A stretch of DNA of 64,000 nt from Eledone cirrhosa (Eukaryota): positions 391,654,001-391,718,000 of the forward strand of contig OZ024740.1 of assembly GCA_964016885.1 (NCBI GenBank), written 5' to 3'. Of the stretch, positions 11,860 to 24,329 are shown in pieces. Position 1 is the stretch's first letter. Each line of letters opens with the position of its first letter. A program made the translations under genes and the position numbers. The notes under the pieces are model-generated. The model worked only from the letters and a program-made list of their open reading frames with translations. It was not told the origin of the DNA and did not search any database.

Positions 11860-12400
11860 CCCAGCTGCTAGTCATAACCGAAAACTGCAACAAAAAAAAT
11901 GAAGAAATTTCAGCATGGATGGATCGACTACCAAAAGGCGCCTGGTAGTGTTCCCCATACATGGATATTGAACACACATGCTATAAATAAAGGAACAACT
12001 ACATTAAGAACATTTATTGAGCATGTTATAAGTAAGTGGTTAACAATTCTGCAAATAGAAACGAAAGATAAAACTAGAAAAACTGAGCCCATTGCATCAA
12101 CAGAGGGATATTTCAAGGGAACTAGTTACAAATGCTACAAGAAAATTAATCATCTCCTATATATGGATGGTCTAATAGTGTATGCTGCAAACGAAAGACA
12201 TCTTAAAACACTGCTACATACAGTACATGGATTCACAACAGAAACAGGCATGACATTTGAACTAGAAAAAGGTGCCGAGGCAACTCTGGAGAGAGGAAAC
12301 CTAATGAAAAATTCAAATATCATGCTACATAAAGAAACTAAGATAAAAGATTTAAATCAAACACAGGCATACAAATAGTAAGGAATTAGATGATGTATTG
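11860..12400 (+). pseudogene. Decayed R4/Dong-type RT fragment
   Basis: GWIDYQKAPGSVPHTWI and INHLLYMDGL match GWIDYRKAFDMVPHSWI and INHLLFMDDL of the ORF at 43284; begins after an (AAT)n tract. Confidence 0.75.
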
Positions 12401-12848
12401 TATTCCTTTCATAAACTCATCGACGAGTCTTTTCTAGGCATTTTGTAAAATGCCCCCTATCCTGATTCATTTCAAAAGTCCAGTTATTCCTCGTGTTATT
12501 TCCTCAACCTACGATAGCCGACGCCGAGTCCTTGTCTTACCATGACAAATGTAATGATAATCTCTTGTAGATATGGGTACGGCCAATATGGACTAGCCCC
12601 CAGATAAAAAACTTGACGTAAAAGAAAAAAAGTATTGCCATTGTTAAACTCAGGGGTCTCAAATTACTCAAGAACAGGTCTAAAACTTAGGTCAGCAGTA
12701 AAAAAACAAAATGTTGTTGACCAGTGTAATCCATGTGTTATTTAACAGTTTCTTTTCACATGTATGAAAAAATGTATGTATGTATGTATGTATGTATGTA
12801 TGTATGTATGTATGTATGTATGTATGTATGTATGTATGTATGTATGTA

Positions 12849-13241
12849 CGAGGGTAATCCCAAAAGTAAGGTCTCCAAAGCGATGGGGACGCAGAGAAAC
12901 TGTTCGTACGGCTGTTGGCAACACTGTTGTGTTTGGTGCTTCCTTCACTCCCAAACAAGCATACGCGCGCTTCGCTGGGATGCTCAATCTTGGCATGGCA
13001 GCCGTTGAGAATGGAGCTCCCGTTGAACGCTACCGCCAAGTGCGAATTTCGCGCTGTTATTATATAGAGGGCAATCCCAAAAGTAAGGTCTCCTTCCGAG
13101 GAAAACATGCGTAAAGATCGGCGGATCACTCTGGATGCTCTCTGGATTTTGGTTCCTGAGGTTTCCCGAAGCACCATCCACAGGATTTTAACGGAAAAGT
13201 TGCAATATCGGAAGGAGACCTTACTTTTGGGATTGCCCTCG
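12849..13241 (+). mobile_element. Internally deleted mariner DNA transposon in (TATG)n
   Basis: 28-bp TIRs CGAGGGTAATCCCAAAAGTAAGGTCTCC / GGAGACCTTACTTTTGGGATTGCCCTCG, TA flanks, transposase HTH remnant DRRITLDAL..VSRSTIHRILTEKL. Confidence 0.85.
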
Positions 13242-14072
13242 TATGTATGTATGTATGTATGTATGTATGTATGTATGTATGTATGTATGTATGTATGTAT
13301 GTATGTATGTATGTATGTATGTATGTATGTATGTATGTATGTATGTCAGGGCATTCTTCTAGGAGAGGGCAACTCAGGAAACTGGGATGACTCCGATATA
13401 AAACCTGCGGCTCAGTAGTTACCGATGATGTTGATCTTTTCTTCTTTTTGGGTTATAGCTACTGTCGCTCAGAGAGTGGGATTGGCTCAGTGCACAGTCT
13501 TTCCTCACTTTAAAAAATATCATGCACAGGCATTGTACGATAGAATTAATTAATAATTATGAATAATGGTATATCTTGCAATGGCCATATTCGATAACGA
13601 GGGGGCAGTCATCATCATGTATGTATATATGTATGTATGCTTATGTCATCATTATGTTCGAAGTAATGGAACCATTAGTTACCCTAAGCGAAAAAATTGC
13701 TAATAAGTACTCGAATTATATATGAAAATACTTCATCACGTCTCTGTATACTTAAAAGATCCTACATAATGAATGGCCAAATATTAAGGGAATCATGCGT
13801 AAGTAATTGCGTGAAATTCTATTAAATATCGTGTTATCACTAGCTACAATTCCATCTCTCTTCGGTATTTGTGCAATGTCACAATATTTCACACGTTCCG
13901 CATAAAGTGTTGATAGATATGGTGATATACAGGATTGTAATAAAGGAGATTATTTATTATGATAAGCAAGCTTTTATAACTAACACTAACACTTCCATCA
14001 TACATCGTTTACTAACATGTACATTACATTGTTCACATATACACAGACATATATGCTCGTGTGTGCGTATAT

Positions 14073-14196
<124 letters not shown>

Positions 14197-14501
14197 ATTT
14201 ATATATATATAGTTATATTTAGGGATAGTCATGTTGCCAATATTGCCAATAAAAAGAATCACAGACACCATATAATTTTCACTTTATCTTTATTGTTCGT
14301 TATTCATTTGTATATCAAAGTTCCTTCGTCACACGTTCTGTGATCTCCTCAATGATTATCTGTTTTGTGCCTCCTCTTGTTCCTGGTCTTAAGCTTCTAC
14401 TCCATCTTTTCTTTGCTTGTTTTGTGGTGCGTTGTTGTGTTTTGTGTCTGTGCATGCGTTTGCTTTTGTGTTTGCTATGTCTACGTATGTTTTATGTGTG
14501 T

Positions 14502-14543
<42 letters not shown>

Positions 14544-16334
14544 TGTGTGTGTGTGTCTTCTTCACTCCCCCTTCTCCTTTTCCCTCTTTCTTTCCCACCT
14601 CTTATATATGTGTGTGTGTGTGTATATGTAGGTATATTGCTTTTTCTTGGGAAATTTTAAATGCTTATGTTTACAGCTATGAAAGGTTCAACGATTCAAA
14701 TTTCAATTTCCATATTGTGCAACTCCCTAAAAAAGAGAACATATCTAATACTACCAGCTTTTTGCTGAGAACTCTAATATTCAGCAATATTCATTGCAGC
14801 TGTAATGTCTGTCTATCGTATTGCAATCACGTGGCATTGTATAATGCAGAAGGAATAAAAAAACATGCCCAAGCCCACTAAAGTAAGAATACTCTACTTT
14901 TAGTAAAGATATATTCTATAAACACTATTAAAAAGAGGCTTGTCGTATAAATATATATTAAATATGAATGTATAATACATATTTCATATTGCGTTCTTCT
15001 ATATAATAGACAGGTAAATGTGCTTTGAAGAGCCTATCTCTCGTCAATAAATCATGGCATAAACTGCTTAGAACTGTTAATTGCCGTGCCACCTCACGAC
15101 CTCATTCAGGCCTATAACAGCATTATATCTTCGACAATCAATGTAGGGATTCGAATTTCAAAATTTCAATCATCAGCTTAAAAATAAGAAACTTAAAAAT
15201 AAGGAACTTATTAATGAGAAAACTACGGGTTTTGTTAAGAGTACAATTATATATAAAGCAGAAAAATTATAATTAACCACTAAGGTAGGTAATGAATGGC
15301 TTCATATTAACTTCAATGTGGACAACATCGAAAAAAAATGTTTGCATTCTTACATCACAAATACTTTATTTGATGCATTCGAAACTATATAATTTCATGC
15401 TACTCAAACACATTAATTTACAGATATAACTGCCAATTTATCTGTAGTTATTTTAATTAAATATCTACAAATCTCTTTCTAAATAAAATGCAGTTTACGG
15501 ATGCAGTTTGCCAATGAAAGCAACAATCGATTTAAAAAATAATAATTTGTATGTTATTGACACTGGTACAATTGGTACAATATAAACCTTCTGTGCTTAT
15601 ATAACAACTCGTGCTTGCCATTGTAAGCGGAAATAATTTTAGTGGATTTCCTCCCTTTTAATTCTGTGTGGGTAAAATTTTTTTGGGCCGATCACTATCA
15701 CAAACAAACACCTTACTTGATATACAATGTTATTAACACGGGTTATAATATAACCGCTTTTTGCTTATATATCAACATATAGTTGTCATTGTATGCTGAA
15801 AATGACTTCGCGTTCCTCTCTTTTAATTCTATGTTTCTTTACGAAATGGAGATCTATGCTTGAGTGACATTTAGATTATTCAGGGCATAATATACAAATT
15901 ATATTTTTGAAACGCAAATAAGATAAAGAAATACTTACCTGTTCACTTAGAGCGTCCTACTGCAGTTTCATTGTGTAAAACTCAACACTGAAAAATTGAT
16001 TATTATTAATTCCTTCACTGAGCAAAACTGGTATCTGTTGGACTCCCTCATATGTATGTCTATACTTGTGTATATATATATATATCTTCAGTATATTTGT
16101 TAATTACTCCCTTGCGGTCGAGTAAAGAATTTGTCCGAATCGAACTGCTATATTTAGCAGCCCTTTCACTTGCCATTGTCCCCATATTTCTTTATCTTAT
16201 TTTCGTTTCCCAAATTAATTTGTATTATGCTCTAAATAAATGATTCTTTTGAATTCCTTCATTGAGTAAACTTGGTATCTGTTGTATTCCCTCATATGTA
16301 TGACTATACATGTGTATATTTATGTATATATCTT

Positions 16335-16406
<72 letters not shown>

Positions 16407-16547
16407 ATATATATATAACGCCGTCAATCGCCCTGTTGTTAAACTTAAACGTCACACATAGATAACAAATGGGTAATAGCGTTGAGGGAAGAATGAAAGA
16501 GGCCTTACTGCCCGGTGAGAGAGCGAGAGAGAGCGAGAGAGAGAGAG

Positions 16548-16641
<94 letters not shown>

Positions 16642-17969
16642 ACACCCATCTACTACAAAGACACGCGGCGAAAGACCATGACTGAGCCACTGATGTCAGT
16701 GAACGAAATTAAAGGCAGACAACCAACAAGGCCAACGCCACCACCGGCATGGAATGTGGAAAGCATTGAGAGGACAAATAGCGGGGACAAGAAATCAAGG
16801 AATTAAAGAGGAGAATGGACTGTTAGTAAATATATACTTCAAATAGAAGGCAGGTCAAAACATAAACAAACTTGTTCATTCATCAAGCACTCACACTAAT
16901 TTTTCGGTGGCATGAATGGAAAGCCTTCACCCGGCATTTCACCATAACAGTAATTTCAATATAGACCACACGAAAAGCAAATGAGTTCATTGTAATCTTA
17001 GTGTTAGTCTTAGGTCTTCCTGTGCGTTTTGACACACAAGACGGCACTCGTCCGCCAACATGTTGCAGTTCCTCCGCACATGACCAGAGGTTTCCTGTTT
17101 CTTAGATCCTCTTGGAATGTTCGGTACCTGGCATTCTTAGACTGAGCCCTCCTTCACTTTCTCTTCGTCCATGCTTGTCGTGTGGTTGGCAGGCGTAAGC
17201 TGTGATCTGTCAAGCGACACCAACGCAACGTCACGGTGTTTTGCAACGGCTTGATTAAAGTAGTGAGTAAAATATCGCTGCAATCACGTACTATAATATA
17301 CTTGTATGTGTTTCAGTATTTGGATGTATTGTGGTTTATATGTGGGTAAATGTTTCTCTGCTTCAAATAAAGTAAACCAAATGAACAGCAAATACTCTTA
17401 CAAGCAAACACGGAAAAAAAAATGAAGCAAATGAAGGAATGGAATTTTCTGCTTTTGACATTTTCTTTTTCTTTACTCTTTCAGAAAAGATATTCAGCAT
17501 TTACAATGATTACTGAAATCCTCTCAGGCAAAACAACTGTAAAACCATCTAGAATTTCTCAGTTTCCGTGTCATGCTGTATGTACTTTATTTTTTGTTTG
17601 ATTTCTCATTTATAAATCACGCGTTAGTTATGTGTGTATGTGTCTGTGTGTGTGTTCATGTACTACTGGAGATAATTCAGTTACTGAATTCACGATTGCA
17701 ACCTAAGATCAGTTCAGTTGATATTAATATATGCTATAAAAACAAAGTATACACTTCCAAAAAAAAAAGAAAATATATGCACTAATGAGAACTGAACTAA
17801 GGGTAATAGAGTAAACATGTATGAAACACTATCATGTCGAATTTTATGCAACAAGATATTGATATAACTGAAAGTTATAATCCAACAGACACACACACAT
17901 ACGCACATTCACACACACACCAGACACATACACTCACACACACACACATATAGTGGACACCAAGAAAAT

Positions 17970-18150
17970 ATACAGAGTGGACACCAAGAAAATGGACAAG
18001 ATCAAAAGGACGTCGAAGGACAAGATAGCGAGATGACCTCACAAACAACCTGTGACCCTCATGGCCAAGACTGGCAAGGGACATAAGTCGGTGGTAGGAG
18101 TCCAGGGAGGGGTCCTTCTCCGTGAGTGATTTCAAGACCCTGGATCAAGT
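17970..18150 (+). mobile_element. RTE-clade LINE 3' end remnant
   Basis: Decayed EWTPR..RSKGR.RTR.RDDL...WPRLARD, typical of the RTE ORF C-terminus. Confidence 0.55.
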
Positions 18151-18529
18151 TAAAACATAAAGGTGAAAAGGCACAGAAGTATATTTAAAGATTATGTTCT
18201 TCTTTAATCCTACAGAATGTATAATTGTTGCATTAAATATAACCGGTTTCGATTGGTATAGCAATCTTATGTGATTTCTCTATCATAATTTCTTCTTATA
18301 TATTTGTTCTTTGTGAAGGTGTGGGGTAAAGTTGGAAGTGGGGTTAGACACGTCAGTATTCAATTGAATTCACTTCAGATGACATTTTTGATGTATGTGG
18401 GCAATTAGGCGGGGTTCATTTGTATTAAAAGGCCATTGTTTAGGGTTTGTGAAAGGAACTGAAGAAAGGTAAGAGTGGATATAGAATTTTTATTTTATCT
18501 TCTTGTATATATGTGTGTTGTATGTGTGT

Positions 18530-18619
<90 letters not shown>

Positions 18620-18684
18620 GAGATCAAAGTAATTCTTAGGGTTTGCAGATAAAAGCAAGGGTAAGAATATGAATGTAAATATAG

Positions 18685-19050
18685 GTAGACGATTCCTTCA
18701 TCGTCGGCTCTCCAGTCTTTTCGAAAGCCATACGAGAGAGCCTGGAGAGCAAATATGCTGACCTGAAGAAGATGATGAAGAGATTGCGCCTCATTGACGC
18801 ACATCCGGAATTCTTCCTTTTGAAGAACTGTTTTACCTTCCCCAAACTCCTCTTCACGCTTCGTGATGCGCCCTGGTACTTTTACGGTGACCGCCTTACC
18901 GAACTCGACGCTGCCGTCTGCAATGTCAGATTGACAGTGCCGGCTGGCAACAAGCGAGCCTCGTCGGAAATATCGGTGCCCTCTGCCTCCGAGGCACTTC
19001 GGGTCTAGCACTAGTGGTCTAACTACCCTCCTTCTCCCCCCGCCGCATCC
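18685..19050 (+). pseudogene. CRE-clade non-LTR RT fragment (tentative)
   Basis: IDAH..FFLLKNCFTFPKLLFTLR.AP resembles the post-RT motif of CRE-like elements; GC-rich island. Confidence 0.45.
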
Positions 19051-19573
19051 TTATACATATTTGCTATAGAGAGTTTGAACACAAAGCACTGATATCTGTT
19101 TTAACGTCTCAGCCACTGTAGCTCAACTTACAGAAAAGGTTTAGCGTTGATTAACGGTCGAACAAGCCTTTGTTGATGTGCAATCCTTAGATCTTTTCCT
19201 TCCAAAGTCATTGACAATACTGGCAGCGACAGAGCTAGTTAGTAAGGATCATTTGTGTTGTGTCGTTTATCAATGGGTGTGGGACTGGTCGTTCTGGTTA
19301 GCAAACCATGATGTAACTAAGATAAGCACTCTACGTTATGCGACTCATCCATTGTAGATGTGGTATCCCGTGGTTGGTACAGGAGTGGAGTTAAATATTT
19401 ATTTGAAAACAACAGAAAGCCGGGCTGGCAACATCCCTTTTAAATTTTAATATTGCAGAAAGCATTATACATATTTGAATATGGCCTAGTTGCATCATCC
19501 TATCAAGACTTAATACCTTAGCGAAAAATATGCTTTTATGTGAGTGAGTATATGTGTGCATGTGTTTGTGCAA

Positions 19574-19610
<37 letters not shown>

Positions 19611-19618
<8 letters not shown>

Positions 19619-20000
19619 TAAGAGGAATTCCAACTTTGTCTGATTTACTCGTTTTATTTACAATCCTTTAAAATTTATAATGGTATTATAATGAAATAGT
19701 ATGATAGAATATTAAATTCTAAGTGTTAATTGAACAAGTACTTTCATGCTTTCGCAATCTTCAGGTTAATAATATGTGGTGACAGTCAAGTTTGCAATTT
19801 TCAACTGTGAAAATTGCAAACTTGACTGTCACCACATATTATGAACCTGAAGATTGCGAAAGCATGAAAGTACTTGTTCAATTAACACTTAGAATTTAAT
19901 ATTCTATCATACTATTTCATTATAATACCATTATAAATTTTAAAGGATTGTAAATAAAACGAGTAAATCAGACAAAGTTGGAATTCCTCTTATTAATATA
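19611..20000. repeat. Near-perfect 390-bp palindrome (193-bp arms, 4-nt loop) carrying a hammerhead in each arm
   Basis: 19611-19803 is the reverse complement of 19808-20000 with one mismatch seen; begins at a (TA)n tract. Confidence 0.92.
19842..19880 (+). ncRNA. Type I hammerhead ribozyme (mirror copy at 19731-19769 on minus)
   Basis: TGAAC-CTGAAGA-T-TGC-GAAA-GCA-T-GAAA-GTAC-TT-GTTCA; palindromic stem III, CUU site. Confidence 0.85.
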
Positions 20001-20039
20001 ATCTTCTATACACAATCATACACACCTGTGTATATTTAC

Positions 20040-20113
<74 letters not shown>

Positions 20114-22073
20114 ACACACACATATAAACATGTACGTATGAGGGTATGGCCGACTAAATATTTCGCCGATTTATATTGTCTCGTCGAACAAAGAGACTCG
20201 TTTGTTTCTCTCACCTTCAAAACTACGTTGGTTCAGAAATTGGCTCTTTGGAAACCTTATCCATTAATTATTATATAGAAAAAATAGTAAAATTACACCA
20301 TAAATCTATAAGTATAATTCTATAGAAAAAGATGAATCGAAAAATAATAATACCAAACGTTTCATTTGTGCCGATCATTTTGTATAGCTTGCCAAAAGCG
20401 TAAGTTCAATGATATCGAAATAACCTTTATTGTCAGTATTACTATAAACAGAATACTCTAAACGTTAATCATTTAAAAAAACACACTTTCTGTCTTTACT
20501 CTAAGTTACTATTACAGACTTCACTCGCAATCGTGTTTGACTTGGTAATATGTACAATTCATTCGGTAAAGGGTGTGTCCATTTATTTGCGAGCAGACAC
20601 CCCCTTAACCTACTCACTCATGATCCAGCCTAACAACCATGATGTGAAAGTTGGAAGGAGTGGGGATAACTGGTATGTTCTTTATCAATACCGAAAGGAT
20701 GAAAGGCAATGTTGATCTCGACAGGATTTAATTCAGAAGGCAAAGAAATGATTCTACCAATTCACAGAAAGTAGTAAAATCTAAAATATCTTATGTTCCT
20801 GTATTACTAAAAGCAGCAGTTGTCACTGACCATTGTCCGCGGAAATGCCTTTGCTATTGTGTCCACGGGCTGCAGCCGATACACAGCTCTGACCTATGTG
20901 TAGAGACTGTCCTTAGACCAGTAGTCCTTGCTCTCCCCCTCCTTTTCCTCTCATTTATGGCATTTATAGTCCTTTCCAATATTGCTTTCTTTATCTGTAC
21001 GTTTAACAAATGTATAGTTATATCAACAATAAATTGAATATATCAATTACTTTTATTATGAAAATATGATTATAAATATTAGAGACATGTATTACATGGA
21101 TATCAATAAATTCGATTAAAGTCGAGAAAATCTTTCATAATATCCATGGTTTTCGAAGATGTTTCCAAAGAATCTAACCACGTAAATTAAGCAAGAAAAA
21201 TACTGGTAAATACTCCTCAATAAATAATATGAAGATGGCCAAGCAGAAATGTGCCAGAATTAAATGCTGACTTAATATAGAATTTATTTTCTGTCTCTGG
21301 TTCAGTCCAAAGTATGAATCATCTGCTTGTTTTACCATTATTGGTTTCTCATTGGTTTTAAGAAATAATATAGAAGATCCACAAGATTGAGTAAAAAGTG
21401 GTAATAATTGATATAGACAGGAAATGCTTCCTTTCTATTTAGTAATGCTTTAAGAAGCTAATATTACACAATTATATAATTGTCGATGATTCACTAGAAT
21501 GGCTAGTGATATATATATTTACCAGTGTACGGTGGGATTTTGATCGCAACAATAAATCGTTGAACTAAATAGCTTAAAGTATTTGGGTTTTTTTCTTCTT
21601 TGTTCTGAAGTTAAATTTCTCTGCGGCCAACTTGGCATTTATTTACGATGTCATCGATAAAATAAGTGTTAGTAATAGTAACCGTTTTGTAAAGCGAATT
21701 GGCAATGTGTATTTCTTTTTGCTTAATAGTCAGTGCTGTAGACGGATAATTACCAAATCATGACTAGTTTTCTATCCTTGGTTCACTTCATTTATGACAT
21801 CGACCATTCTCTTTTTACTTATATTGATTTTTGATAGCTTTACAAATGTTTCAATACATTTTATTCAATTGAAGCTTATGTTATTTCAATTTAGTTAAAG
21901 GGGAAAACAGCATCGTTAAATATTGTATATCATAAGAAATAATATAAATAATTATACAATGACCAAGTTCATCAAGCACGAAAGAAACAATTGTACCTTT
22001 CGAGGACTAAATATCTCATGTTTCTACCTATAATGACATAAACACAGTTTAAAATATTATTACTTGGCAGTAT

Positions 22074-22102
22074 TAACTCTCTTTGTATTAACTCCACACA
22101 CA

Positions 22103-22166
<64 letters not shown>

Positions 22167-22195
22167 TGTGTGTGGAGTTAATACAAAGAGAGTTA
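22074..22195. repeat. Fold-back inverted repeat centred on (TA)n
   Basis: taactctctttgtattaactccacacacacgca-(TA)n-tgcgtgtgtgtggagttaatacaaagagagtta. Confidence 0.9.
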
Positions 22196-22541
22196 GAATT
22201 TTAGTCTACGATTTCTGCTATACCATTTACGTGGTTTTGTCTTTGCGTGCTATTGTTCTCCACGCTCCACATATGACTTATTATCTTCGTTTTTTCGTTC
22301 ATTGCCAGAGAACGTCTCTATGCACCACCTAAGAGAACATTAGTCTACGACCTCTTTTATACCATAAACGTGGTCTTTGCGCGTAATTGTTTTTCACCGC
22401 TCCTATTAACGACGTATTATTCGTTTTTTCCCGTTCTTTGCCAGCGAACGTTACCACGAACCAAAGTATCGTCTTCCTGTCTTCCTCCGGTTGCAACGTT
22501 TTTTGAAATATCCACTTCTGCGTTTACAGATTGACTTTGTT

Positions 22542-22592
22542 AGTTTCAGAAGATCCCGTTAAGAGTGAAAGCAGCGATTCTTTGCTTAAACT
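22542..22592 (+). ncRNA. Hammerhead-like motif with CAGAAGA core variant
   Basis: AGTTT-CAGAAGA-tcccgttaagagt-GAAA-GCA..TGC-TT-AAACT. Confidence 0.7.
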
Positions 22593-22979
22593 TTAATCTG
22601 TTATTTTAATAAATATATATATGATGTGCGTGTGAGTGAATGTGTATGGTTTGCGTTATTTTCCCTGATGCTTTGTTTTCAGAGATCAAATCCAACGTCA
22701 ACTACTTGGGTAGTAAATTTAATGTCATTCGTTTTAACAATATGACCTGGTTCTTGAGTTCTTTTTTCGGAGTTTGCTATGTTACAAGGATTTAGGCCAA
22801 GTTTCAGGTTTAAGGATACCTCCCTCCCACATCCCCACTAGTCTCTGGGGCATTGTAAATGATCATGGGAACCGTCTTTCCACCTGATTAGCAATAAGAG
22901 AAAGCCTACAAGGTGCAGATATTATATATATTAAAAGCCACATGGTCTCGATTTTCCCAAACTAAAAACATGTTTTATT

Positions 22980-23195
22980 TTTTAATCGGTAGAGCGTCGG
23001 ACACCATGCTTCGCGGCATAGAGTCACGACTCTTTATGTTCTGATTTCAAATAACACCGAGGTTAACTTTGCCTTTCACCATTATGGGGTCGATAATATA
23101 AAGTACCAGTAAGCACTGGGATCGTTTTAATCGCCCCCCCCCCCCCCCCCGCAAAAAAAATGCTGACCTTGTTCCTAAATCAGAAACTATTATTA
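22980..23195 (+). mobile_element. tRNA-derived SINE
   Basis: Same family body as 5365-5553, ending in tattattatt. Confidence 0.75.
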
Positions 23196-23748
23196 TTGTT
23201 GTAGTTAAGAAATCGAAGAAAGATCACCTGAGTATTTTTCTTAAGATTCATAGCATAATCATTGCAATTAATGAAAATGAATGAGTAAAACGTCGTTTAA
23301 ATTTTATCTCATGTTAATAGGAAATAGTTCAGTGCCTATTAAGTCATCTTCTACATAATTATTTCTCTTTTATTTGTACCCAATGTAAGCGATATGTAGA
23401 GGTAATGGGATTGAGTAAGGTTCATGTCTTTCGCTCGGGTATTAGCACAACGGGCGAAGAGAAATTAATTCAACAGGAAATCACAATCGGTTACATATAT
23501 TCTGATTATCCAGGAACAATGCATCGAGTTAAAAACGTACCGTGTATCAAATGCATACACAACACATAGAAACAGAACTATCTACCTAATACCAACACAC
23601 AAGAAATGATGAACGTATTAACTTTCAGAAAGAGAAGGGTCGAATATGTGCAGACAAATACACATGACAAAACACACAACAAAGATAAATTGGCAAAAAG
23701 ATTATGTGTATATAATGTGAATGTGTGTGTCTATATATATATATATAT

Positions 23749-23910
23749 TAATATAGAAATGGCTTCTACAGGACTAGAACTGTTTCATTCGGGAGAAATC
23801 ATCAGTGCTTCCTGATGATTTCTCCCGAATGAAACAGTTCTATTCCTGTAGAAGCCATTTCTATATTAGATATTTATACTCTGCTATGTATTGAGTACCT
23901 TACGTACTGT
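23749..23910 (+). mobile_element. Inverted PLE pLTR-like cassette (57-bp-arm palindrome plus tail)
   Basis: Arms 23749-23805 and 23812-23868; second copy of the family at 34853-35020. Confidence 0.8.
23807..23855 (+). ncRNA. Type I hammerhead ribozyme
   Basis: GCTTC-CTGATGA-T-TTC-TCCC-GAA-T-GAAA-CAG-ttctattc-CTG-TA-GAAGC; GUA site, monomeric stem III. Confidence 0.88.
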
Positions 23911-24163
23911 AGTTACCCCCAGATTGAACCCGGGATAAACTTATATATATATATATGGATTGACGTATGGTATATATGTGTGTTTATATATATATACATA
24001 TATATGGATTGATGGATGGTATATATGTGTTTATATATATATATATATATATAGTAATAATAATAAATGTGAAGACTAAAATCCAAAGAGGGCTCGATAA
24101 GGATAAATATATATCAAATATATAAGAACCGTAGACCAAATATTTATTAAAATAACATATTAA

Positions 24164-24214
24164 AGTTTAAGCAAAGAATCGCTGCTTTCACCCTTAACGG
24201 GGTCATCTGAAACT
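24164..24214 (-). ncRNA. Hammerhead-like motif with CAGATGA core variant
   Basis: AGTTT-CAGATGA-c-CCC-gttaa-GGG-t-GAAA-GCA..TGC-TT-AAACT on the minus strand. Confidence 0.72.
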
Positions 24215-24329
24215 AAAAAAATCAATCTGTGAACGCAGAAGTAAATATTTCGAAAAACGTTACAACCGAAGGAAGACAATAAATGTTGAAATGTGTTCAT
24301 CCCAACAGATATAATTGAAAATAGCGGGT

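Noticed and set aside
16990-17250. GC-richer island that might be a host exon
   Set aside because: No clear open frame with matching splice sites or recognisable protein motif
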